From assembly GCA_045579195.1 (NCBI GenBank), contig JAZNLR010000010.1, positions 1 through 47,475 of the forward strand: a stretch of DNA of 47,475 nt, given 5' to 3'. Under the pieces are notes generated by a model. It did no database searches and was not told the origin of the DNA. It saw nothing but the letters and a program-made list of their open reading frames with translations. This DNA is from Clostridia bacterium. Lineage in GTDB: Bacteria > Bacillota > Clostridia > Christensenellales > CAMQZB01. The position numbers and the translations under genes are program-made. This document shows, one piece after another, positions 18,587-27,012 of this stretch (within the stretch, counting starts at the first letter, position 1; every line of letters begins with the position of its first letter).

Positions 18587-20047
18587 CTACAAGATCACCT
18601 TCCCCGAAATGTATGCCGAAAAGAGTTTTGCAAGGGGCGTTCTCGTCGCCCTCTCAAGCGCGGAGATCAACTCTTTGGGCGTCGCAATCTTGCCACTGTT
18701 TTCCTTGAAGTACGTCTTGAGCCCCTTGCAAAGTTTCTCCTCTCCCACGGTCTCACGCACAGCATCAAAGAGCAGAACCCCTTTATTGTACGTCAAGTTG
18801 ACGTACTCAAACTCGCTTTGAAACTCCGAAAGAGCGCGCATTGACGTGTCTGCCTTTCCGATCATCTTTGCATACACGTCGAAATAAGAGCGGTATGCCG
18901 TGCGTGCAGTCTGAACGAACGTGTCATACGTCACGCCGAACGAGGGGTTTTGCTCATAAAACAACCCCACAGAAAACTGCGCAAGCCCCTCGTCTAACCA
19001 CGGAAATTTCACTTGATCATTTCCCACCTTTGCATACCACCACTGATGCGCAAGCTCATGAACAACGATTTCCACGAGTTCCTCGCTCGTCGTAGCATCT
19101 GAAACAAAAACGAGGGAGGGAAACTCCATCCCGCCATACACAAAATCCGCTTGTGCCACCGTGATCTCTTCAAATCCAAGCTCGCCGAAAAGTTCGGAAA
19201 ACGTCGCGATTGCCGCTTCCGCCGCCTGCAAGGTCTTTTCGGGCGTGGCGTCCGAATAATGTGCATACGTGATTTTCACGTCATTGACTCGCGCTTCAAG
19301 GGTGTGAAACTTCTCGGAAAGGATCATTGCAAAATCGCGAACTCCGCTTGCTGAGAACGAGACCACGCTGTGCTCTCCACCCGAACTTTTCACCGTCTTT
19401 TTCCCCGTTCCCATCACGGACAGTTTTTTTGGAAACTTGAGCGTCACTTCAAAATCCGCATCTTCCGAATAAAAAGGGTCTCCATTCGGAAAGTACGGCG
19501 CGGTGACAAACCCTCCGTCTTCAAACACGCAGAGAATGGGAAAGAAGTTGGCGAGATTCACTGTGTCCTCGGCGCGCCCAAGACGATGTCGCATCTTCGG
19601 AATTTGGGTAATAAATCGCATTGTGATCCTTTCCTGCGCCCCCTTTGCAAGTGGTTCTGAAAGGAAAACCTTCAAAAGCGTTCCTTCTGTGGAAAAACGC
19701 GCCTCGCGATCGCCCTCGCACACGTTGAAAACCTCGATCCCGCCATACCGAATCCCATCAGGATAACAGGCGTTCTGATGTTGCGTGTAAACAGGCTTTG
19801 GCAAAGCGTCCTTTTGAAATGCATTGGGGTAAAGCCGGAACCAGACCTCGCTCAAGTTCGTTCCCGTTGTGTTCAAAAAGGAAAGAGAAAGCTCCCCCGA
19901 AAGCACGTCCGTTTCATCGGAAAGCACAAGCTCCATTTCGTACTTTGATCGGCCAACCTCCCCTTTTGAACAGCCGAAAGACGGAAAAAAGAGCGCAACA
20001 AGCACGAAGAGTGCAAAGAAAGCAACCCATCTCTTTTGATTTCTCAT
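18587..20047 (-). CDS. M1-family zinc metallopeptidase lipoprotein (aminopeptidase N-like)
   Basis: Lipobox FPSFGCS. GGMEFP (GAMEN-like) motif, and HELAHQWW followed by WLDEGLA (HExxH-x18-E). Confidence 0.75.
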   Translation of the reverse strand: MRNQKRWVAFFALFVLVALFFPSFGCSKGEVGRSKYEMELVLSDETDVLSGELSLSFLNTTGTNLSEVWFRLYPNAFQKDALPKPVYTQHQNACYPDGIRYGGIEVFNVCEGDREARFSTEGTLLKVFLSEPLAKGAQERITMRFITQIPKMRHRLGRAEDTVNLANFFPILCVFEDGGFVTAPYFPNGDPFYSEDADFEVTLKFPKKLSVMGTGKKTVKSSGGEHSVVSFSASGVRDFAMILSEKFHTLEARVNDVKITYAHYSDATPEKTLQAAEAAIATFSELFGELGFEEITVAQADFVYGGMEFPSLVFVSDATTSEELVEIVVHELAHQWWYAKVGNDQVKFPWLDEGLAQFSVGLFYEQNPSFGVTYDTFVQTARTAYRSYFDVYAKMIGKADTSMRALSEFQSEFEYVNLTYNKGVLLFDAVRETVGEEKLCKGLKTYFKENSGKIATPKELISALERATRTPLAKLFSAYISGKVIL

Positions 20048-20104
20048 TTTTCAAAAAACCTCTTTTTCTTTCAACCTATGCCCCCTCGCTCAAAAAGAGA
20101 ACGC

Positions 20105-20141
20105 AAAAAAGAAAGGCTGCGCGAATTGCGTTCGCACAGCC
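20105..20141 (-). terminator. intrinsic terminator after the M23 peptidase gene
   Basis: 11-bp stem GGCTGTGCGAA/TTCGCGCAGCC (1 mismatch) followed by a T-rich run on the minus strand. Confidence 0.7.
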
Positions 20142-20169
20142 CCTCAGCTTTTTTTGGAGATACCTATTG

Positions 20170-20856
20170 TTACTTTTCTTCCATATCGAGATAATCTCTC
20201 GGATTGACGTTTTGGTTGTTCAAGAGAACTTCAAAGTGCACATGCGGTCCTTCCTTGAAGGAAGCATACGCAGAGTTTGAAACCGTCCCGATGACGTCCC
20301 CCTTGCGCACGAAATCTCCAACCGACACGACGATGTCACTTGCCAGTGAAGAATAGAGCGTGGTCAAGCCGTTGTCATGGCGAATGACCACCGTTCCGCC
20401 GTTGAGAATATCGTTCGGCGTGACGCTGACAACCGTCCCTTCGTACGCCGCGCAGACATACGTTCCCTCGTCTGCCTTAAAGTCAATGCCCTTATGCACC
20501 TGCCATTGGTTCAACGTGTTGGAGAAGACGAGAGTGTCAATGGAGTAATCCATGCCGATCGTGCCGTTTGCGACGGGAAGCGCAAAGATGACCGGCTTCG
20601 TGTCCACGTCCACCGTGGGCGTTTCCGTCACCGGCCCCTGGTCAGTGGGTTTTTCGTCTTCCACCGGATCCTTCGGGGTGTTGGGATCGACGATCATCGT
20701 GTTGTCCGACGGATCAATAAGCTGCCCGCGGTCGCGACTGATAAGCGAAACCGTCACGATTGCCGTGATGGCGAGAACACAAGCAACCAACAAAATGTAA
20801 TATCCGTTGCGCTTGAAAAAGCTTGCAAATCTTCCTGTTTGAGAATTGTCTTTCAT
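20170..20856 (-). CDS. M23/LytM-family metallopeptidase with N-terminal membrane anchor (SpoIIQ-like architecture)
   Basis: One N-terminal TM segment (YYILLVACVLAITAIVTVSLI). HKGIDF (HxxxD) and HVHFEV (HxH) zinc ligands are intact. Confidence 0.75.
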   Translation of the reverse strand: MKDNSQTGRFASFFKRNGYYILLVACVLAITAIVTVSLISRDRGQLIDPSDNTMIVDPNTPKDPVEDEKPTDQGPVTETPTVDVDTKPVIFALPVANGTIGMDYSIDTLVFSNTLNQWQVHKGIDFKADEGTYVCAAYEGTVVSVTPNDILNGGTVVIRHDNGLTTLYSSLASDIVVSVGDFVRKGDVIGTVSNSAYASFKEGPHVHFEVLLNNQNVNPRDYLDMEEK

Positions 20857-20960
20857 TTCATAACCTCCGTTTTCGGTGTTCCGATTTTGGCTCTTTGCCT
20901 TTGCGAATCGAATTGTTGCCCGTAATCTTTCTCCTTATACTCACTCATTTAAAAAAAATT

Positions 20961-21425
20961 TTACCAACTGCCCAAAATGAGCGGAAAGCCAACCGTGATG
21001 ACCTCGTCAAAAACCGCAAGCTGTATGTTTACAAGTTCTCCGCGCAAGAGAATCGGCTCGCAAATGGCTTCCGAAAATGCCGTGATGACAAGACGGTCCT
21101 CAATGCGCATTCGCGAAACCTCTCTGGCGTTCAATTCCTTCAAAAATGACTGTGCATCGTAAATGTCTCCATGGAAACGCACCGTTACGCCCTCTACTTC
21201 TCCTGCACGCTCTAAAAACGAAGCCAACAGCTCTTTTGGAACACGGCAAAGAAACGTTTCCCCATTGGGGATGCAGGAAATACCCTGCATCTCCACTTTT
21301 TCCGAAACGTAAACGGTGACGCTCTCAAGCAAATCCTCCTCCTCAGAGATTCCACCGCATAAAATGATCACCGCAAGAATGGGGAGCAAAAATAAACAAA
21401 TCCTTCGAACCACACGTTCAGACAT
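20961..21425 (-). CDS. hypothetical membrane-anchored protein (possibly YwmB-like)
   Basis: Start MSERVV after GGGAGG. It has an N-terminal signal/anchor. The C-terminal VNIQLAVFDEVITVGFPLILGSW loosely resembles YwmB-family ends. This is a weak call. Confidence 0.3.
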   Translation of the reverse strand: MSERVVRRICLFLLPILAVIILCGGISEEEDLLESVTVYVSEKVEMQGISCIPNGETFLCRVPKELLASFLERAGEVEGVTVRFHGDIYDAQSFLKELNAREVSRMRIEDRLVITAFSEAICEPILLRGELVNIQLAVFDEVITVGFPLILGSW

Positions 21426-21458
21426 AAAAAAACCTCCCTGCCCGTTTGGGCAGAGAGG
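21426..21458 (-). terminator. intrinsic terminator of the symporter gene, overlapping the next gene's SD
   Basis: Minus strand CCTCTCTGCCC aaac GGGCAGGGAGG (11 bp including 1 G.U), then U7, then directly the ATG of the next ORF. Confidence 0.7.
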
Positions 21459-21491
21459 ATTATACACAGAATCTTTTCTCTTTATACCTGC

Positions 21492-23015
21492 TTATAGTTC
21501 ATCTTTGACGTGTTCAAAGAGATTGTTCAAAAGCTCTTCAGAAGGCTTCTTCGTAAAACAACTGACAACGTACGTTATGATCGGAGAGAGAGCCATACAG
21601 ACAACGCCGATGATAGGCGATTTTCCAATTCCCGTTTTCAGAACAATGCCAAGCCCGGCGCCCGGTTCAGAAAGTGAGAACCCAAAGACGAGGATGAGCG
21701 CGAGCGTCACCGCAAGACAGCCGATGACCGATGCCCAACAACCGGCCTTTGTGATCTTCTTTGAATAAAGAGACAGGACGTACGGCCCGATGAAACAACC
21801 GGCAAGAACTCCCCAGCTCAAAGACATCATCACAACGATGACGTCGAACTCACAGATTGCAAACACAGCAGAAAGAGCAACAAAGACAAGGCAGACGATT
21901 CGCGTCAGGATGTTGACTTTCTTGTCGTCCGCATTCTTTTTTAAGTATCCTTTATAAAAATCCACCGTCATTGCAGAGGCGCCTGCAAGCGAGAGGGACG
22001 CAAGCGTGGACATGCTCGCAGACAAAACGAGAACGACAACCAACCCAAGCAAGCCCTCGGGTAAAACGCGCGTCAAGATATCGGGAACAATGGTGTCCAC
22101 AGGCGGCTGTGCAGCGGTGTCAAAGAAGAGTCTCGAAACGCCGCCGATGAGGTATGCACACACTCCGACGATAAGCGCAAATAACGTGCTCACCACGGTT
22201 GCTCGGCGAATCGCGCCGCCGTCACGGATCGCATAAAACTTGTGAACGATCTGCGGCAATCCCCAAACACCAAAACTGGTGAGAAGGAAGAGTGAGAAGA
22301 TGTTCACGAATGGGCTGGACCAAAAGTCGTTTCCTGCCGCAGGGATGAATCCAAAGCCCTGCTCAGTGAGCGCCTTGAAGCCTTCGACAAACTTCACACT
22401 GTCGCTCGACAGAACGCAAACGATCATTACGACGCCACCACCCAGCATAATGATGCCCTGAATGAAATCCGTAAGTGCGGTCGCAAAATATCCACCAAAG
22501 AACAGATAGAGCGCAGTAAGCACCGCCATAATCAAAATGCACCAGACAAAGTCGATGGAAAAAACGCTTTCAAAAAGGTACGCAAGGCCCTGATAGACCG
22601 ACGCGGAGTACGGAATCAAGAAGAGAAAAATCACGATGGATGAAACGCACTTGATCCATTTGGATTCAAAACGCTGCTCGAAGTACTCCGGCATCGTGCG
22701 CGAGCCCAACATCTTCGTGAGATTCTTCGTGCGTTTTGCAAGCACTTTCCACGGAACAAACGAACCCAAAATTGCATTTCCAAGACCGATCCAGGCAACC
22801 GCAAGGCCGAAATTCCAGCCGAGATTTCCTGCATATCCGATAAAAATAACGGATGAAAAGTATGTTGTGCCGTATGCAAAGGCCGTCATCCAACCGCCCA
22901 TTCCCTTTCCTGCAAGCAAAAAGTCATTTAGCGTTGCGCTTCGATTGCGCGTGTAAAACGCGATAACGACCATCATCAAAATATAGACAGCGAGAATGAT
23001 GTAATTGATTACCAT
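21492..23015 (-). CDS. sodium:solute symporter family transporter (PutP/PanF-like)
   Basis: 507 aa with about 13 TM segments. The N-terminal pattern FLLAGKGMGGWMTAFAYGTTYFS is typical of the SSF family. Confidence 0.8.
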   Translation of the reverse strand: MVINYIILAVYILMMVVIAFYTRNRSATLNDFLLAGKGMGGWMTAFAYGTTYFSSVIFIGYAGNLGWNFGLAVAWIGLGNAILGSFVPWKVLAKRTKNLTKMLGSRTMPEYFEQRFESKWIKCVSSIVIFLFLIPYSASVYQGLAYLFESVFSIDFVWCILIMAVLTALYLFFGGYFATALTDFIQGIIMLGGGVVMIVCVLSSDSVKFVEGFKALTEQGFGFIPAAGNDFWSSPFVNIFSLFLLTSFGVWGLPQIVHKFYAIRDGGAIRRATVVSTLFALIVGVCAYLIGGVSRLFFDTAAQPPVDTIVPDILTRVLPEGLLGLVVVLVLSASMSTLASLSLAGASAMTVDFYKGYLKKNADDKKVNILTRIVCLVFVALSAVFAICEFDVIVVMMSLSWGVLAGCFIGPYVLSLYSKKITKAGCWASVIGCLAVTLALILVFGFSLSEPGAGLGIVLKTGIGKSPIIGVVCMALSPIITYVVSCFTKKPSEELLNNLFEHVKDEL

Positions 23016-23124
23016 GCGAATTTCCTCTTTGGATTAATATTTATAATTATACATCTGATTGTATATAAAATGCAACTATTCACAACAGAATTTCAACTGT
23101 TTTTTTGCGTTTTTCGGATGTTTT

Positions 23125-23155
23125 GAAAAAAAGTCCGACGAAAAATCCGTCGGAC
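23125..23155 (-). terminator. intrinsic terminator after the HAD-IIA gene
   Basis: GTCCGACG/CGTCGGAC stem followed by U8 on the minus strand. Confidence 0.8.
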
Positions 23156-23168
23156 AAGTTCTCTTTCT

Positions 23169-23957
23169 TTATAAGTACTTCTTGATATCCGCAATGCTGG
23201 GAAGCACGACGTTTGGCTTGAAAACGGACTTTCCAAGCATCTCTTCCGTGGTCTCCCCCGTCATCACCAGGATGGAAAGGAACCCGTTGTTTGCGGCAAA
23301 GCGCATATCCGTATTCAAGCGGTCGCCCACCATTGCCGTATCCTCCGCACGCACACCGAGGCGATAGAGGATTCCCTCTGCAATGGGGTGATAGGGTTTT
23401 CCGCAAATCACGTCCGGCATCTTTCCTGTGCAAGCTTCGATGAGCTTCATAAACGACCCTGCATCGGGAACGTAATCATCCTCAGCAGGACAAGTGACGT
23501 CGGGATGGGTCGAAACATAGTAAGCGCCGCGCTTGATGAACCGACAGAACTTCGAGAACTTCTCGTAATTCAACTCCTTGTCGTAAGAGAGGACACAGAT
23601 ATCAGGTTCGTCTTCCACGAGGTCAATACCGTAGCGGAAGAATTCATCCTGCAAACGACGCGTTCCCATAAGATAGATCTTCGCGTGCGCGTAATGATTG
23701 AGTAAGTACTCACACGTTGCCTGCCCGGAGGTGTAAACCTCGTTCATGTTCGCATCAATGCCAAGCGAATTGAGCTTCGCAACGTATGTTGCCGCATCCA
23801 CGGAGGAGTTATTCGTCAAAAAACAAATTCTCTTCCCACTCTCGCGAATCGCATTTAAAGTGTCTTTTGCGCCGGGAATAAGCTTTCGACCAAGATAGAC
23901 CGTTCCATCCATATCAAACAAAAAACACTTGATGTTTTTAATCTGTTCTGCTGCCAT
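23169..23957 (-). CDS. HAD-IIA family sugar-phosphate phosphatase (NagD-like)
   Basis: Start MAAEQIKNIKCFLFDMDGTVY (DxDGT motif I). Other motifs LTNNS, GKP and GDRLNTD. The ATG overlaps the upstream stop (TAATG). Confidence 0.8.
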   Translation of the reverse strand: MAAEQIKNIKCFLFDMDGTVYLGRKLIPGAKDTLNAIRESGKRICFLTNNSSVDAATYVAKLNSLGIDANMNEVYTSGQATCEYLLNHYAHAKIYLMGTRRLQDEFFRYGIDLVEDEPDICVLSYDKELNYEKFSKFCRFIKRGAYYVSTHPDVTCPAEDDYVPDAGSFMKLIEACTGKMPDVICGKPYHPIAEGILYRLGVRAEDTAMVGDRLNTDMRFAANNGFLSILVMTGETTEEMLGKSVFKPNVVLPSIADIKKYL

Positions 23958-24838
23958 TATGTTTCCCCTTTTATCTCTTTGATCAAACACCGCGCTCGTG
24001 CGGCAATTTCTTCTTCTTTTGAAAGGAAAAGCGAAAGGGCTTCTGAAAGCTCCTCTGCTTCCTCTTTTGTCAGCCCGCTTGTGATGGCGTTTTTTGCAAC
24101 CAACATCCCAAGGGCGGTCATTCTCTGCGGTCGCGCCATGTTCTCACCAACAAGGTCGGAAATGGGCTTTAACCCGCGCTTCCCTTCCGCGCACGCACGC
24201 AAAAATGTGGGCAAGCGCAAAAAATCCGCAAGCGCTTTCGGCATTTCTTGCGTTTCACGGTCGTTCATCGGACAGACGCGTTGACAGATGTCACAGCCGA
24301 GAACAGATGCGCCAAGCTTCTCTCCACCAGAGGCCAACGAAAGTGGATGATCCATCCAATCGCGTGCGCACTTTTTTCGCTCATACCCATCGCTTGAAAT
24401 CGCACCGCTCGGGCAAGCATTTTCACACGCGTGGCAATTCTCGCAGCGCGAATTTTCGAACAAAATCGCATCAAAATCAAACGAAAGGAAAGAAAACAAC
24501 TCTTCCTTTGAGCATCCAAAACGGACGGCTTCACACGCAAAACGGCTCCCAAACGGCTTTGCATAATGCAAGGTGTTTCTCCCCTGCAAAAAACCTGCTT
24601 CCGACAAAACGGGCTTCAAAAAAAGCTTCGTGTCGACGCGCGCGGAAATTCCGCTTGCAAGCAGGTTTTTCACAAGCTCCTTTGCTTTTAAGAAGATCCC
24701 GTTTGACGCAGGATAGTATGCATCGATGGAAACGGAAAACTTATCTGCTTTCGGGAACGGACGGTATGCATCCAGAAGGATCACGGCCGAGCCTTGCGCA
24801 TCCTCAACGAAGATTCCGCTTGAAAAACAAATCTTCAC
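23957..24838 (-). CDS. QueG-like 4Fe-4S protein (putative epoxyqueuosine reductase)
   Basis: Two ferredoxin-type clusters, CENCHACENACP and GCDICQRVCP, plus a helical C-terminus. The start is uncertain. GTG 24838 overlaps the hisC stop (GTGA). The track's TTG 24871 has no properly spaced SD. Confidence 0.55.
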   Translation of the reverse strand: MKICFSSGIFVEDAQGSAVILLDAYRPFPKADKFSVSIDAYYPASNGIFLKAKELVKNLLASGISARVDTKLFLKPVLSEAGFLQGRNTLHYAKPFGSRFACEAVRFGCSKEELFSFLSFDFDAILFENSRCENCHACENACPSGAISSDGYERKKCARDWMDHPLSLASGGEKLGASVLGCDICQRVCPMNDRETQEMPKALADFLRLPTFLRACAEGKRGLKPISDLVGENMARPQRMTALGMLVAKNAITSGLTKEEAEELSEALSLFLSKEEEIAARARCLIKEIKGET

Positions 24839-25896
24839 TTTTTGACGATCTCCAAAATTGTGTTGAGGCAAACTTCCATCTGCTCTTTCGTTCCAACGGT
24901 GATGCGAACGAAATCCGCAATACGCGGTTTTTGGAAGTTACGAACGAGAATCCCTCTCTCCTTCAACATCTGATAGAGCTTTAAACCGGAGATCTTTTCC
25001 GAGCGCGCGAAGACAAAATTTGAGCCCGAGGGCAGAACTTCAAATCCGCTCTCCTCCAAGTGCTTTGCAAAGAGGTCGCGCGTTTCCACAACCTCGCTTG
25101 CCGCCTCGTCGTAATACGCCTTATCCAAAACCGCCGCCGTTGCCATCTTTTGGGTGAGCATTGAAACGGGATAGCTGTTGAAGCTGTCTTTGATCTTAAA
25201 ATATCCTTCGATCGTGTGCGCGTTTGCAATTGCATACCCACAGCGAATGCCCGCCAACGCATAGCTCTTTGAGAAGGTCTGCACGACGATGAGGTTGTCA
25301 AATTTCTCAATAAGCGGAACGCAGGAAACGCCGCAAAAATCGACATACGCCTCATCCACGATGACAGGAATGTTCGGGTTTGCGCGCAAGATCTTTTCAA
25401 TCTCAGAAAGCGCAAGAACGCGCCCCGTCGGTGCGTTCGGGTTTGCCAAGATGATACCCTGTGCATCCGGAAGGTTGCAATAATCTTCCGCAATGATCTC
25501 AAACGCCTCGTTCAAAGGGACGGTCTCATAATCTACGCCGAAAAACGCGCAGTACACAGGATAGAAGGAGTACGTCACGTCCGCAAAGTACACCTTGCCC
25601 TGCCCGGGCGTGAACAGCGTGGGAAACGAGAGCGCCAACACCTCGTCGCTTCCGTTGCCGACATACACATTTTCCGCCTTTACGCCGCGAACGGACGCGA
25701 TCGCCTCACGAAGGTCACGACACTCAGGATCTGGATAAAGGCGCAGAGAAGAAACATCCTCTTCGAGGGCTTTTTTGACGTGCGCAGAGGGCGCAAACGG
25801 ATTCTCATTGGTGTTCAGTTTGATGTACCGTTTATCCTTCGGCTGTTCCCCTGCAGTATACGGCGCGATGGATTCGCACAATCTGCTCAAGCGCAT
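24835..25896 (-). CDS. hisC: histidinol-phosphate aminotransferase (class II aminotransferase)
   Basis: Start MRLSRL after AAGGAG. Motifs YTAGEQP, NTNENP, GNGSDE and the PLP-Lys context TFSKSYALAG. Confidence 0.8.
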   Translation of the reverse strand: MRLSRLCESIAPYTAGEQPKDKRYIKLNTNENPFAPSAHVKKALEEDVSSLRLYPDPECRDLREAIASVRGVKAENVYVGNGSDEVLALSFPTLFTPGQGKVYFADVTYSFYPVYCAFFGVDYETVPLNEAFEIIAEDYCNLPDAQGIILANPNAPTGRVLALSEIEKILRANPNIPVIVDEAYVDFCGVSCVPLIEKFDNLIVVQTFSKSYALAGIRCGYAIANAHTIEGYFKIKDSFNSYPVSMLTQKMATAAVLDKAYYDEAASEVVETRDLFAKHLEESGFEVLPSGSNFVFARSEKISGLKLYQMLKERGILVRNFQKPRIADFVRITVGTKEQMEVCLNTILEIVKK

Positions 25897-25939
25897 ATTT
25901 CTTTCTCCTTTTTTCTTGCAAAATGTTAAGCGCAACGTT

Positions 25940-25968
25940 AGTGTATCACGAAACGGGAGTCTTGTCAA
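25940..25968 (-). promoter_or_regulatory. sigma-A promoter of hisC
   Basis: Minus strand TTGACA (25968-25963), 17-nt spacer, TACACT (25945-25940). It lies about 40 nt upstream of the hisC ATG. Confidence 0.65.
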
Positions 25969-26099
25969 TTCCATTTCAAAGTTCACAAAAAGTTCACCCT
26001 GTTTTCATTTTACTTTCACATCCGTATGCAATAATAAAACCATCAGATAGCGAGAACCAATCAATCATTTTTTTTACTCCAAATATTGACTGTCGGTAT

Positions 26100-26308
26100 T
26101 CCGAGGGCGAATCCGATGGAACAGTCTCTTGCCGATCGTGTCCAATCGGCGCACGGAAGCGATTGCAACGCATCCGTGTGAAAAAAGCACGACGGCGAGA
26201 TGCCCTCGAACCCCAATTTGCAAACCTCACTTATAGAAGACACTTCTATAATGGTTCATCTTCCTCTTTGGACGGGTGCTTCGAAAGAAGCGCCCGTTCT
26301 TTTTTTTG
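26100..26308 (+). ncRNA. candidate structured small RNA of unassigned family (5' end not determined)
   Basis: No credible ORF. Nested helices at 26102-26108/26202-26208, 26131-26136/26145-26150 and 26152-26161/26169-26178, and a hairpin at 26231-26251. A CU-rich single strand lies at 26260-26269. A 12-bp GAAA-tetraloop terminator (26271-26298) followed by U8 exists only on the + strand. Confidence 0.4.
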
Positions 26309-26310
26309 CA

Positions 26311-26339
26311 GAAAAAAAGAGGAGCATTTTGTTCCTCTT
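26311..26339 (-). terminator. intrinsic terminator of trmO
   Basis: Minus strand AAGAGGAAC aaaat GCTCCTCTT followed by U7, starting at the trmO stop codon. Confidence 0.75.
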
Positions 26340-27010
26340 CATTCCACTTCATTCACTTCCACAATGACGGCCTTTTCCCCCTTCACGGAGAACGCAACGT
26401 CAAACGCGCCGTACCGCATACGATAGATACGCGTTTCATCCTCTTGGTATGACGGGCGCGGGTCGTCCTCAATGCAGTCTGCAACGGCAATGCGATCCGC
26501 TTCGGGCAGACGGTTCAAAAGCCCGTTCTCGTCCTCCACAAAAAGTCGGTGCTCAACGAACGCTTCTGCGTATCCTCCGACCGCTTCGGGATGACAGTCT
26601 GCAAACGGGAGGTATGGCTTGATGTCAAAGATGGGCGTTCCGTCCAAAAGGTCTGCGCTCTCAACGACGAGAATGTCCCCCTCTTTCGTTCCGCGCTCGA
26701 CGCCCACAAGTTTTACGCACGAAAGACCGATGGGATTCGGGCGGAAGGGCGAGCGGGAAGCAAACACGCCCACTCTTCGGTTTCCTCCAAGCCGAGGCGG
26801 GCGGACGGTGGGAGACCATCCTTCGCGGTGCGCCTTTGAAAAGTCAAAAATCAACCAAAGATGGCTGAACCCTTCGATCTCACGAAGCGCTTCAGGGCTG
26901 CGAAATTCCGGCTCGAACACCACACGCGAAACCGTTCTTGCACGGCCGCTTTGGCGCGGAATGCCAAACTTATCCTTGAATTCGTTTTGGATGTGTGCAA
27001 TGATCTTCAT
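26339..27010 (-). CDS. trmO: tRNA (N6-threonylcarbamoyladenosine(37)-N6)-methyltransferase TrmO/TsaA
   Basis: Motifs FGIPRQSG, FSHLWLIFDF, SRSPFRPNPIGLS and DGTPIFDIKPY. ATG 27010 is preferred over the track's TTG at 27016. Confidence 0.8.
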   Translation of the reverse strand: MKIIAHIQNEFKDKFGIPRQSGRARTVSRVVFEPEFRSPEALREIEGFSHLWLIFDFSKAHREGWSPTVRPPRLGGNRRVGVFASRSPFRPNPIGLSCVKLVGVERGTKEGDILVVESADLLDGTPIFDIKPYLPFADCHPEAVGGYAEAFVEHRLFVEDENGLLNRLPEADRIAVADCIEDDPRPSYQEDETRIYRMRYGAFDVAFSVKGEKAVIVEVNEVE

Positions 27011-27012
27011 GT

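Noticed and set aside
26247-26252. A perfect TATAAT hexamer inside the intergenic element, as a possible promoter for a very short transcript.
   Set aside because: The nearest -35-like hexamer (TTGCAA 26218-26223) is 23 nt away, and the hexamer forms the 3' arm of the 9-bp hairpin. I treat it as part of the RNA structure rather than a promoter. This is not excluded experimentally.
25923-26426. A 167-aa + strand ORF covering the hisC-trmO gap.
   Set aside because: It reads through two intrinsic terminators and into the trmO coding region on the wrong strand. It has no SD and a low-complexity product.
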